Shown here in pieces: positions 19,461 through 28,861 of a stretch of DNA of 45,538 nt (its first letter is position 1; every line of letters starts with the position of its first letter). The translations under genes were made by a program, and so were the position numbers. The notes below the pieces were generated by a model. It was not told the origin of the DNA. It searched no databases and saw only the letters and a program-made list of their open reading frames with translations. This DNA is from Thermoanaerobaculia bacterium (GTDB lineage Bacteria; Acidobacteriota; Thermoanaerobaculia; UBA5066), in the NCBI GenBank assembly GCA_963816185.1, contig CAWFJJ010000014.1:1-45538 (forward strand). The letters are read 5' to 3'.

Positions 19461-20363
19461 ATGGCACCGCGCCCCACGTTCTACGCGGGCGTTTCGATCG
19501 CGGCCGCGATCGTCACCGTCGCTCTGAAAGTCTTCGCCTGGAAGATCACAGGGTCCGTCGGCCTTCTCTCCGACGCCGCCGAATCGGGCGTGAACCTCCT
19601 TGCGGCTCTCGTCGCGCTCTGGGCCCTCCGGCGCGCGGGAAAGCCCGCCGACGCGACCTACTCCTTCGGACATACGAAGGCGGAATACCTCTCGAGCGGG
19701 TTCGAAGGGCTCATGATCGTCGCGGCGGCCGTCGCGATCGCAGTCGCCGCCGTCGAGCGCCTCAAGCACCTCCAGCCGATCGAGAACGTGGGGCTCGGCC
19801 TCGGGATCTCGATTTGCGCGTCCGCGATCAACGGGGGCGCCGCGGTTCTCCTCTTCCGTGCGGGAAGGCGCCTGCGCTCCATCACGCTGAGGGCCGACGC
19901 CCAGCACCTGCTGACGGACGTCTGGACGTCGGCGGGAGTCGTCGTGGGCGTCCTCCTCGTGAAGGCGACGGGTCTTTTCGTCCTCGATCCCCTCGTCGCG
20001 CTTCTCGTCGCCGCGAACATCGTGTGGACGGGCATCCGGCTTCTCCAGGAGACGGGGCACGGCCTTCTCGACCGCGCGATCGCCGAGGACGAGCAGGCGG
20101 CGATCGCGGGTCTCCTCGAGCGCTTTCACGCGCGCGGCGTCGTCATCCACGGCCTCAGAACGCGCGCCGCCGGTCCGCGCCGTTTCGTCCAGATGCACGT
20201 CCTCGTGCCCGGATCCTGGTCCGTCAGACAGGGCCACGATCTCTGCGAGGAGATCGAGCGCGGCGTCACCGCGGCGCTGCCCGGCAGCACGGTGACGACG
20301 CATCTCGAGCCGCTCGAGGACCCGGCTTCCTGGGACGACCGTGGGCTCGACCGGCGGGAGTAG
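19461..20363 (+). CDS. Cation diffusion facilitator family transporter (FieF-like)
   Basis: SVGLLSDAAES, FGHTKAEY, ADAQHLLTDVWTS, THLEP. Confidence 0.93.
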   Translation: MAPRPTFYAGVSIAAAIVTVALKVFAWKITGSVGLLSDAAESGVNLLAALVALWALRRAGKPADATYSFGHTKAEYLSSGFEGLMIVAAAVAIAVAAVERLKHLQPIENVGLGLGISICASAINGGAAVLLFRAGRRLRSITLRADAQHLLTDVWTSAGVVVGVLLVKATGLFVLDPLVALLVAANIVWTGIRLLQETGHGLLDRAIAEDEQAAIAGLLERFHARGVVIHGLRTRAAGPRRFVQMHVLVPGSWSVRQGHDLCEEIERGVTAALPGSTVTTHLEPLEDPASWDDRGLDRRE

Positions 20364-20369
20364 GTCTCT

Positions 20370-22292
20370 CTAGGCCGACCGCGTCGCGAGGGGCACGACC
20401 TTACCCGTGCCGCCGGCATGGTCGCGGAACGAGGCGAGGAGGCCGTCCTCGTCGAGGCCGAGCGACCGGCGCTGCTCGGCCTGCGTCGCGTGCGGGACGA
20501 AGCTGTCGGGAATGCCGAGCCTCTTCACGTCGGCGGCGATGCCGATCTCCTCGAGCGCCTCGACGACGGCCGAGCCGAAGCCGCCCGCGAGCTGGTTCTC
20601 CTCGACCGTCACGACTTTCGTCCCCGTCTTCACGAATTGTTGGAGGAGCTCCTTGTCGAAGGGCTTCGCCCACCGGGCGTTCACGACGGTCAACGACGGC
20701 CCGCCTTCCTGCGCGAGGCGCTCGGCGGCTTTCCACGCGGCCAGGACGGGATCGCCGAGGGCGAAGACGGCTCCGTCCTTCCCGACGCGCAGCACTTCGC
20801 CTTTTCCCACCGGGAGCAGCTTGAGATCGGGGTCCGTCGCCACGCCGTAGCCCGCGCCGCGCGGATATCGAATCGCCGTGGGATGACTCGAGGCGAGCGC
20901 CGTCGCGACGAGATGTCTCAGCTCGTTCTCGTCCTTCGGCGCGCAGACCTGCATGTTCGGGAACACGCGCAGATACGTCAGGTCGAAAACGCCGTGGTGC
21001 GTCGGGCCGTCCGCGCCGACGACCCCCGCCCGGTCGAGCGCGAAGACGACCGGCAGGTCCATGAGGCAGACGTCGTGCATGATCTGGTCGTAGGCGCGCT
21101 GCAGGAACGTGGAGTAGATCGCGCACACGGGCCGGAAACCCTGCGTCGCGAGGCCGGCCGCGAAGAGCACGGCGTGCTGCTCGCAGATCCCCACGTCGAA
21201 GGCGCGGGCCGGGAACTTCTTCGCAAAGCGGTCGATTCCCGTCCCTTCCGGCATCGCCGCCGTGATGCCCACGACGCGCGGGTCTCTTTCCGCCACTTCC
21301 AGGAGCGCGCTCGCGAAGGCGGACGTGTAGCTCGGCGGCGCGGCCTTCTTCGAGATCACGCCCGTCTCCACCTGGAAAGGGGCCGGACCGTGCCAAAGAA
21401 CCGGGTCCTCCTCGGCGAGCTGGTAGCCCTTGCCCTTCAGGGTCCTCACGTGCAGAAGGACCGGCCCATCCATCTGCTTCGTCTCCTTGAGCGTGCGCAG
21501 GAGGACCGGCAGGTTATGGCCGTCGATCGGCCCGACGTACCGGAACCCCAGCTCCTCGAAGAGCGTTCCGGGCACGAGCACCTTCTTGACGCCGTCCTCG
21601 ACACTGACGGCGAGGCCCGCGAGCTTCTGGCCCGCGGGGAGCTTTTTCAGGACGTGGGCGACGTCCTCGCGCACGCGGTGGTAGATCTGCCCGCGCGCGA
21701 TCCTGAGGAGGTAGCCCGACATCGCCCCGACGTTCGGCGAGATCGACATGTCGTTGTCGTTCAGGATCACGAGGAGCCGGCTCTTGAGGTAACCGGCCTG
21801 GTTCAGGCCCTCCATCGCGACGCCGCCCGTGAGGCCGCCGTCGCCCACGATCGCGACGACTTCCCTCTTCTCGCCGCGAAGATCCCGCGCGATCGCCATC
21901 CCCAGCGCCGCTGAAATCGCCGTCGACGCGTGCGCGGCGCCGAAGACGTCGTACTCGGATTCGGAGCGGTTCGTGAAACCGGACAGCCCGCCGGCCTGGC
22001 GGATCGTCTTCAGGCGGTCGCGCCGGCCCGTGAGCACCTTGTGCGGATACGTCTGGTGGCCCACGTCCCACACGAGGAGGTCGTTCGGGGTATCGAAGAC
22101 GTAGTGCAGCGCCACCGTCAGCTCGACCGCGCCGAGGCCCGACGCAAAGTGTCCGCCCGTCTTCGCGACCGTGTCGATGACGAACGTGCGAAGCTCGGCC
22201 GCGAGCTGCGGCAGCTGCTCCGGCGCCAGCAGGCGCAGGTCACGCGGCCAGTTGACTTTGTCGAGCAGAGGCGTGGGACGAAGCGGGCTCAT
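20370..22292 (-). CDS. dxs: 1-deoxy-D-xylulose-5-phosphate synthase
   Basis: GGHFASGLG, WDVGHQTYPHK, VGDG, LNDN, GADGPTHHG. Confidence 0.97.
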   Translation of the reverse strand: MSPLRPTPLLDKVNWPRDLRLLAPEQLPQLAAELRTFVIDTVAKTGGHFASGLGAVELTVALHYVFDTPNDLLVWDVGHQTYPHKVLTGRRDRLKTIRQAGGLSGFTNRSESEYDVFGAAHASTAISAALGMAIARDLRGEKREVVAIVGDGGLTGGVAMEGLNQAGYLKSRLLVILNDNDMSISPNVGAMSGYLLRIARGQIYHRVREDVAHVLKKLPAGQKLAGLAVSVEDGVKKVLVPGTLFEELGFRYVGPIDGHNLPVLLRTLKETKQMDGPVLLHVRTLKGKGYQLAEEDPVLWHGPAPFQVETGVISKKAAPPSYTSAFASALLEVAERDPRVVGITAAMPEGTGIDRFAKKFPARAFDVGICEQHAVLFAAGLATQGFRPVCAIYSTFLQRAYDQIMHDVCLMDLPVVFALDRAGVVGADGPTHHGVFDLTYLRVFPNMQVCAPKDENELRHLVATALASSHPTAIRYPRGAGYGVATDPDLKLLPVGKGEVLRVGKDGAVFALGDPVLAAWKAAERLAQEGGPSLTVVNARWAKPFDKELLQQFVKTGTKVVTVEENQLAGGFGSAVVEALEEIGIAADVKRLGIPDSFVPHATQAEQRRSLGLDEDGLLASFRDHAGGTGKVVPLATRSA

Positions 22293-22315
22293 GCGGGTTC
22301 TCCGAGCGGTCAATT

Positions 22316-23482
22316 CTACGGGACCGCGGCGCGCGCGCTTCGGGCGTTGCGGGGTCCGTCGCTCGCATCGAGGAACGCCGCAAGGGTCTTCGCGAAGAGC
22401 TCGGAGCCCGCGGGCGAAAAGTGCACGGGATCCAGGAAGTGCGCGTCGGTGAACGCCCCCGAGCTGAAGGGATCGAGGAAGAGGGCGAGCCCATCGTTCC
22501 CGAGCTTCTTCGCGACCGCGTCGTAGCGCGCGAGCCCCGCGAGATAACCCTTGGCCGTGAGGCCGGGAGTCCAGCCTTCCAGCCAGGCGAGGTCCGCCTT
22601 CTCGTGCCCGGCGCGCACGCGCGCGGCCTGGGCCACGAGCAGCGTGCGAGCCCCGTGGGCGGATGCGACGGCGATCGTGGAGCGCAGGTTGCGCTCGTAG
22701 ACGGCGACGGCCTCGGCTGGAATGTCGTCGCGCTTCGGCCCGCCCGTCCATTCATACGAGGGCGTATATCCCTCCGCGGTTGCCTCACGATCGAGCGGCT
22801 TGAGCCGCCCGCGCAGCCACTCCACGAAGACGAGGCGTGAGACGAAGCGGACGGGCACGGGCGCGACGCCCGTCACCCGCGGGAGAATTTCCGCGTGCCC
22901 CACGCTGTAATCGGGCGCGAACGGCACGTGTCCCGCCGGCTGAAGATCGTTCACGCCGGAGAACACGATGACGAGGTCCGGCGTCAGGTCGAGATCGCGG
23001 ATTTCCAGCGACACGAGGCTCTCGAGGCTCGTCCAGCCGGGAAAGCCCGCGTTCACGACGTCGGCGCGGGGGCGGAGGAAAGTCCCCAGGCGCGCGGGCC
23101 AGGTCGCCGCGTCGTCCGGCGCAAGCAGGTCGAACGTCGTCGAGCCGCCCTCGCACACGATGCGATACGTGCCCTCGGGCTTCGGGACCGGCACGTCGCG
23201 CACGTTCGTGGCCCGCTGGCCGCGCGCGTTGAAATGGACGACGTGGCCCGGCACCTCGAGGACGGCGTCCGGCCTCCCCGCCACGATGAGGAGCGGATGC
23301 GGACGGTACGCCTTTCCGATCTTCTCCACGAACTTCGTGTACGCCGCGACCTGCGTCTCCGGCCACGTGCCCGTCTTCAGCCGAATCGCGACGCGGCATC
23401 CGCCCTCGAGGACGAGGAACAGAACGGCCGCGATCGCGAGCGGGACGAGGACGTTCGACACCAGCGCGCGGAGAACCTTCAC
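22316..23482 (-). CDS. Membrane-anchored SGNH/GDSL-family hydrolase
   Basis: N-terminal TM, GGSTT, NAGFPG, GVND, DPVH. Confidence 0.85.
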   Translation of the reverse strand: MKVLRALVSNVLVPLAIAAVLFLVLEGGCRVAIRLKTGTWPETQVAAYTKFVEKIGKAYRPHPLLIVAGRPDAVLEVPGHVVHFNARGQRATNVRDVPVPKPEGTYRIVCEGGSTTFDLLAPDDAATWPARLGTFLRPRADVVNAGFPGWTSLESLVSLEIRDLDLTPDLVIVFSGVNDLQPAGHVPFAPDYSVGHAEILPRVTGVAPVPVRFVSRLVFVEWLRGRLKPLDREATAEGYTPSYEWTGGPKRDDIPAEAVAVYERNLRSTIAVASAHGARTLLVAQAARVRAGHEKADLAWLEGWTPGLTAKGYLAGLARYDAVAKKLGNDGLALFLDPFSSGAFTDAHFLDPVHFSPAGSELFAKTLAAFLDASDGPRNARSARAAVP

Positions 23483-23483
23483 G

Positions 23484-24080
23484 TCACCTCGCCGCGAGGT
23501 GGCGCGAGCCGGGCGCGACGATCGGCTCCCCAGCCGCGCAGCGTGGGCAGGCCGCAGGCTCGAAGGCGGGCACGTCGAGCGCGAGGAGAGAGCGACAGGG
23601 CACGCCGTCCAGGTCGACACCGCGCCCGGCCGCGACGGAGCGCCGGTCGACGATCGACCCGCACGCGACCGCCTCCGCGCCAGCGGCGCGGAGCACGGCG
23701 AGGACCTCTCGTGTGGACTTCCCCGTGGTCACGACGTCCTCGACGACCGCCACGCGCTCGCGAGCCTCGACCGCGAACCCGCGTCGGAGCGCGAACGCCC
23801 CCTCAACGCGCTCCGTGAAGATCGCGCGGACCGAGAGGCCGCGGCCCGCCTCGTGGCCGATGATGACGCCCCCCATCGCGGGCGAGACGACGACGGAGGG
23901 GCGAAACGGGGCGAGAAGGGACGCCAGGGCCGCGCCGAGCGCGCCCGCGCGCTCGGGCCACTGGAGCACCTTCGCGCACTGCAGATACGCCTCCGAGTGA
24001 AGCCCGGACGAGAGCTTGAAATGGCCTTGGAGGAGCGCACCTGCCTCCGTGAAATGGCGGCGAACGTCTTCCTCGGTCAC
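23484..24080 (-). CDS. pyrE: Orotate phosphoribosyltransferase
   Basis: GHFKLSSGLHS.YLQC, VVEDVVTTG. Confidence 0.95.
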   Translation of the reverse strand: MTEEDVRRHFTEAGALLQGHFKLSSGLHSEAYLQCAKVLQWPERAGALGAALASLLAPFRPSVVVSPAMGGVIIGHEAGRGLSVRAIFTERVEGAFALRRGFAVEARERVAVVEDVVTTGKSTREVLAVLRAAGAEAVACGSIVDRRSVAAGRGVDLDGVPCRSLLALDVPAFEPAACPRCAAGEPIVAPGSRHLAAR

Positions 24081-25522
24081 GGCGACTCCCGGCCCTCCGG
24101 GACTTCACGGTCCCTTCGCAGGCCGTACCGGTCGATCTTCTTGTAGAGGTTCGAGCGCGGCGTGTCGATGGCCTCCGCCGTGCGCGTCACGTTTCCCGCG
24201 TTCTCCGCGAGCTTCGCGACGAGAAAGAGCTTCTCCGTCTCGTCCTGGAACTCCTGGAGCGTCGGGATCGAGAGAATCCTCTCCCACGCGCCGGCGCCTG
24301 CGGCGGCAGCGGCCGCGTCGACCACGCGTCCCCCGCGTACGACGACCGCGGGCGGCGCGTCGGCCTCGCGCGGGGCCGCTCCGGGGTCGACGTCCGCAAC
24401 GTCGAGGACGTCCGCGTCGGACATGATCATGAGGCGCTCGACATGGTTCTTGAGCTCGCGCACGTTTCCCGGCCAGGGCCTCGCCGCAAGCGCCTCGAGC
24501 GCGGCATCCGTAAAGCGTTTCGGCCGGTAGTTGTTCGTGCGCGCGAAAAGCTCGGCGAAGTGGTTGACGAGGACCGGAACGTCCTCGGGGCGGTCGGCGA
24601 GCGTGGGCGTCCTGAGGACGAGGACGTTGAGGCGATAGTAAAGGTCCTCGCGGAACTTCCCCTGCGCGATGAGGACCGTGAGGTCGCGGTTCGTGGCGGC
24701 CACGACGCGCACCTTCACCTTCACGACGCGCGGGCTGCCCACGGGCTCGACCTCGCCTTCCTGGAGGACGCGCAGCACCTTCGCCTGCGCGGAGGCGGAC
24801 ATGTCTCCCACCTCGTCGAGGAAGATCGTGCCTCCGTCGGCCTCTACGAACTTGCCCGTCTGCTTGCGGTCGGCCCCGGTGAACGAGCCGCGCTCGTGGC
24901 CGAAGAGCTCCGATTCGATGAGGCTGTCCGGGATGGCGGCGCAGTTCACCTGCACGAACGGACCGGTTTTCACGAGCGAGCCCTCGTGGATCGCCCGCGC
25001 GACCAGCTCCTTGCCCGTCCCGCTCGGCCCCACGATGAGGACCGTCGCGGGCGTCGGCGCGGCCTTCGCGATGTCGGCGAGCAGCCGGCGGATCGCCTCG
25101 CCGTTCCCGACGATGCGCGTGATGCCGAGGCGCGACTTCAGCTCGAGGTTCTCGCGCGCGAGGCGCGTCGAGTCGAGGACGCGCCGGAGCGCGTTCAGGA
25201 CGTGCTCGGACGAGAGGGGCTTCTCGAGGAAGTCCTCGGCCCCGGCGTGCACGGCGTCCATCGCCGTCTTCACGTCGCCGTGGCCGGAGATGACGATCAC
25301 GGGCGTCGCGATCCCGCGCGCGCGCAGCTTCGCGAGCGTCTCGAGACCGTCCTGGCCGGGCATCTTGATGTCGAGGAGCACCGCGTCGTGGTCCGGCGCC
25401 TCGGTGACCGCGCTCGACCCCGAGGCGACCGCCGTCACGTCGTATCCCTCCTCTGCCAGCAGCGTCCGGAGCGATTCGCGGATGTCGGGTTCGTCGTCGC
25501 AGACGAGGATGCGTCGCGCCAT
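24077..25522 (-). CDS. Sigma-54-dependent response regulator (NtrC/NtrX family)
   Basis: REC domain (LDIKMP), GPSGTGKE, GSFTGA, WPGNVREL, C-terminal HTH. Confidence 0.93.
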   Translation of the reverse strand: MARRILVCDDEPDIRESLRTLLAEEGYDVTAVASGSSAVTEAPDHDAVLLDIKMPGQDGLETLAKLRARGIATPVIVISGHGDVKTAMDAVHAGAEDFLEKPLSSEHVLNALRRVLDSTRLARENLELKSRLGITRIVGNGEAIRRLLADIAKAAPTPATVLIVGPSGTGKELVARAIHEGSLVKTGPFVQVNCAAIPDSLIESELFGHERGSFTGADRKQTGKFVEADGGTIFLDEVGDMSASAQAKVLRVLQEGEVEPVGSPRVVKVKVRVVAATNRDLTVLIAQGKFREDLYYRLNVLVLRTPTLADRPEDVPVLVNHFAELFARTNNYRPKRFTDAALEALAARPWPGNVRELKNHVERLMIMSDADVLDVADVDPGAAPREADAPPAVVVRGGRVVDAAAAAAGAGAWERILSIPTLQEFQDETEKLFLVAKLAENAGNVTRTAEAIDTPRSNLYKKIDRYGLRRDREVPEGRESP

Positions 25523-25532
25523 CCCGGCGATC

Positions 25533-26210
25533 CTAGCAGCCCGATGAAAGCGCCCGGCGCGCCTCGGCGAGGGCCGCGGCCGTCTCGGCCATCCCGCGCT
25601 CGAGGCTCTCCTGAGAGCGAAGAGAGAGAGATTCTTCGAAGGAGGAGATGGCGGCCCGAAGGTGTTCGGACCGCCGGCGGGGCTCGGCTTCGGCCAGCTT
25701 TCGGAGAACCAGTCCTCTGGCGTGGAGCGTCACCCCCCGTGCGACGCGGCGCGTCGCGTCGCGCACGGTGAGGGCGTGTTCGTAGGAGGCAAGAGACTCT
25801 TCGAGATCGTCCGGCGAGCGCGCGAGATTCTGGAGGGCGTTGCCGCGGTTATGCCAGGTTCTCGCCCACGCCTCCAGGTCACCCCCGGGGCCAGCGGCGT
25901 TGAAGGATTCTTTGAATAGAGAGAGCGAGAGTTCGAGACTTTCCGAAGGGCCGCGCGAGCCGAAGAACACCGCGAGGTTGTGCAGGAACGTCGCCTCTTC
26001 CCCTTTCGAAGAAAAAACCAGCGTTTCCCGCATGCTCCAAAGGTCGCTCGCGAGCGCACGAGCGGTCTCCTCCGACTCTTCCCGTCTCTCACGGTCGTCC
26101 CGCAGGTGCTCCTGCAGCACGTACCAGTCGCGAAACGCGGCACGCGGATCCTCCGCGAACCGCCGGCGGAAGGTCGCGACGAGATCCCGGGACGGAGGGA
26201 GAGCGCTCAG
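25533..26210 (-). CDS. TPR-like hypothetical protein
   Basis: HNLAVF, WARTWHNRGNALQ, TLHARGLVL TPR-type helices; probable CTG start overlapping cysK stop. Confidence 0.7.
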   Translation of the reverse strand: MSALPPSRDLVATFRRRFAEDPRAAFRDWYVLQEHLRDDRERREESEETARALASDLWSMRETLVFSSKGEEATFLHNLAVFFGSRGPSESLELSLSLFKESFNAAGPGGDLEAWARTWHNRGNALQNLARSPDDLEESLASYEHALTVRDATRRVARGVTLHARGLVLRKLAEAEPRRRSEHLRAAISSFEESLSLRSQESLERGMAETAAALAEARRALSSGC

Positions 26211-27151
26211 ACCGGAAGCTCGTCGCTTCCTTCGGAGATGCCCTCGAAGAGGATCGTCGAGAGGTAGCGCTCGCCGGTGTCGGGCAGCATGGCGAGGAGG
26301 ACGGAGCCCTTCGGCGCCTTTTCCGCCACCTTGCGCGCCGCGGCAAACGTGCCGCCCGAGGAGATCCCGCAGAAAATCCCTTCCTTGAACGCCAGCTCGC
26401 GCGCCGCGTCCCGCGCCTCGACGTCGCTCACGAGGACGACCTCGTCGTAGATCTTGCGGTTGAAGACGGCGGGGACGAAATCCGGGAGCCAGCCCTGGAT
26501 CTTGTGCGGCGCCCATTCGCCCTTCGAGACGAGCGGCGCGCCGGCCGGCTCCGTGTAGACGATCTTGATGTCGGGCCGGGCGAGCTTGAGCACCTCGCCG
26601 GCGCCGGTGATCGTCCCCCCGGTGCCGATGCCCGAAACGAAGTAATCGAGCCGCCGGCTCGCGAAGTCGCGCAGGATCTCGGGACCCGTCGTCTGGCGGT
26701 GATACGCGGGATTCGACGGGTTCTCGAACTGCTGCGGCAGGTACCAGCCGTGCTTGTCGGCGAGCTCCTTCGCCTTCTTCACCATCCCGGTGCCGCGCTC
26801 GGCGGCGGGATGGAGGATCACTTTGGCGCCGAGGCCCTTCATGAGCTTCCGGCGCTCGACCGAGAACGAGTCCGACATGATCGCGACGAAGGGATAGCCC
26901 TTGACCGCGCACACCATCGCGAGAGCGATGCCCGTGTTGCCGGACGTCGGCTCGACGACGGTCTGGCCCGGTTTCAGGACGCCCCGCTTCTCGGCGTCCT
27001 CGATCATCGCGATCGCGAGTCGGTCCTTCACCGAGCTCATCGGATTGAAGGCCTCGCACTTCACGTAAATCGTCGTGCCCGCCGGGGCGAGGCGGTTGAT
27101 GCGGACGACCGGCGTGTTTCCGATGGTGCCGAGGATGCTGTCGTGAATCAT
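26207..27151 (-). CDS. cysK: Cysteine synthase A
   Basis: IGNTP, SVKDR, TSGNTG, GTGGT, HKIQG, DTGERYLST. Confidence 0.96.
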   Translation of the reverse strand: MIHDSILGTIGNTPVVRINRLAPAGTTIYVKCEAFNPMSSVKDRLAIAMIEDAEKRGVLKPGQTVVEPTSGNTGIALAMVCAVKGYPFVAIMSDSFSVERRKLMKGLGAKVILHPAAERGTGMVKKAKELADKHGWYLPQQFENPSNPAYHRQTTGPEILRDFASRRLDYFVSGIGTGGTITGAGEVLKLARPDIKIVYTEPAGAPLVSKGEWAPHKIQGWLPDFVPAVFNRKIYDEVVLVSDVEARDAARELAFKEGIFCGISSGGTFAAARKVAEKAPKGSVLLAMLPDTGERYLSTILFEGISEGSDELPV

Positions 27152-27399
27152 GCGGTCCTCCCGAGGCGCGGAATCATAGGACCTGGCGCAAACAAAGGCA
27201 CGCGTATTTGCAGAATTATTGAAAATATATATACACTTTTATCGCCTAGATGAATCGACTCCATTACTGTGTGCTCCGGAATACTAGCCGCGATATTTCA
27301 CATTTTCTCGATTTCCGCGGCAACGTTCCCTACGGGCCGCTTTTCACTCGGCACCCGCGCGCTGATAGGCTATCGGTGACCTTCAACAAGGAGTTTCGA

Positions 27400-28215
27400 A
27401 TGAAAGTCGTCACGATCCCCGTCCTTCTGCTCGCTGCGATGTCGATGAGCCCCATGTCGGCCGACGAGCGCATCGATCTGGGGCGACGACCCCTCGGAGC
27501 AGAGTCGCGGCCGGCGCGAGCTGCGGAGGGCAGACAGGCGCTCGCCGTGGGCGCGGTGTCGCACCTCCTTCTCCCGACCTCCGCCAACGTACACGGCGCT
27601 TTCGGCGCCTTCTTCAAGACGAAGGTGAGCATCTTCAACGCCGTGAACGCCACGTACGAAATTCGCGTCGGGTTGAGCGTCTCCAGCGGGGAAATTGACC
27701 ACGTCTTCATCGCGTTGGGGCCCGGACAGACCCGAACGTTCAACAACATTCTCGACGATCTCTTCGGCTACACGGGCGGAGCCGCCATCGATCTCGACAG
27801 CGGGAACTCGTCGCTCGTCTTCATCGTCAATTCCCAGGTCTACGTGGACACCGTGAACGGCCGCTACACGACGACGGTCCAGTTTGCGGACGATCTCGGC
27901 GACATCACACCGTCCCGCGCGGGCTACGTGATCGGCGTCTCGGTGAACTCAACGAAACGTACGAACGTCGGGTGCGCGAGCAACTCGTCGAATTTCCAGA
28001 CCATCACCTTCCAGGCGTTCGACGCGAACAACTTCGCGGTTGGCAGCGCTTTCAGCTTCACGTTGTCCCCGTTCGGCTGGGCGCAGTACGCGGCGAACTT
28101 CTCGCTCACGAACGGAGGGATCTACATCACGGCGTCGGACAACGCCGTCTGCTTCGGGGTCGAGGTCGACAACACCTCGAACGACGGCACGTACCAGCTC
28201 GCGACGCCGTTCTAG
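27400..28215 (+). CDS. Secreted beta-rich hypothetical protein
   Basis: AAGGAG RBS, signal peptide, LLLPTSANVHGAFGAFFKT...FN and RTNVG segments. Confidence 0.8.
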   Translation: MKVVTIPVLLLAAMSMSPMSADERIDLGRRPLGAESRPARAAEGRQALAVGAVSHLLLPTSANVHGAFGAFFKTKVSIFNAVNATYEIRVGLSVSSGEIDHVFIALGPGQTRTFNNILDDLFGYTGGAAIDLDSGNSSLVFIVNSQVYVDTVNGRYTTTVQFADDLGDITPSRAGYVIGVSVNSTKRTNVGCASNSSNFQTITFQAFDANNFAVGSAFSFTLSPFGWAQYAANFSLTNGGIYITASDNAVCFGVEVDNTSNDGTYQLATPF

Positions 28216-28235
28216 GTCCTCACACCGATTTCGTT

Positions 28236-28655
28236 CTACTCCTCGAGCCTGCTGAATAGGGCGGCGGTGCCTGAGCACGATGCGTCGATGCTGTTCGCCG
28301 CAGGGAGACCATCGTCGTCGTAACGAATGTCGAGATGCAGGGTCGGCGCGGGCGACATCCACGATTCGAATTGCCCGGGCTCCACGCGGCTGACGCTCGA
28401 CCACTGGTCCGGCGGATACCCCGGTTTATCGGCGATCAGGGTCCACTCCACGTCGAAGGCAGTCGGTCCGGCGTTCGTCACCGTGATCCAGGATTGACCT
28501 CTGGCGTCGCAGTACGCGACGAGGTTCAGGCTGCCTCCCTCGACTCTCTGCGGCGCCTCACGGCTTACGGCGACGGACTGGGCGGCGTGAACGGGGAGAT
28601 GCGGGACCGATATCGCTGCTGCGGCGGCGAGGAGAAGGGGGGCGATCATGGCCAT
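28236..28655 (-). CDS. Small secreted hypothetical protein
   Basis: GAGGAGG RBS before ATG 28655, signal-like N-terminus, two Cys. Confidence 0.65.
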   Translation of the reverse strand: MAMIAPLLLAAAAAISVPHLPVHAAQSVAVSREAPQRVEGGSLNLVAYCDARGQSWITVTNAGPTAFDVEWTLIADKPGYPPDQWSSVSRVEPGQFESWMSPAPTLHLDIRYDDDGLPAANSIDASCSGTAALFSRLEE

Positions 28656-28814
28656 ACCTCCTCTCACGGCACGATCCCTCGTGCCGGTCCTACATCCGGT
28701 GCAACAACCGGGCCGGGCCGCGCAGACCGTTCTTTCAAAAGGTGACGAGCGTCATCCCGGGCGCGGACATCGTCGAGATTCCGTGTTTGCGGCCCGCGGA
28801 GGTGCGGGAAGGAC

Positions 28815-28834
28815 TTGGCGAAAGCGTATGGGGG
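28815..28834 (-). repeat. Degenerate copy of tRNA-Sec 3' end (att-like scar)
   Basis: TTGGCGAAAGCGTATGGGGG vs TTGGCGGAAGCGTGTGGGGG at 29773-29792: 18/20 identical, direct orientation. Confidence 0.75.
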
Positions 28835-28861
28835 CTAAGCTGACGGAACGGAAGAAAAGAG

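Noticed and set aside
25737-25768. Imperfect GC hairpin in the TPR-like gene as a third element copy
   Set aside because: Lacks GTCAAGGG/CCCTTGAC and the tail; plausible by chance at this GC content
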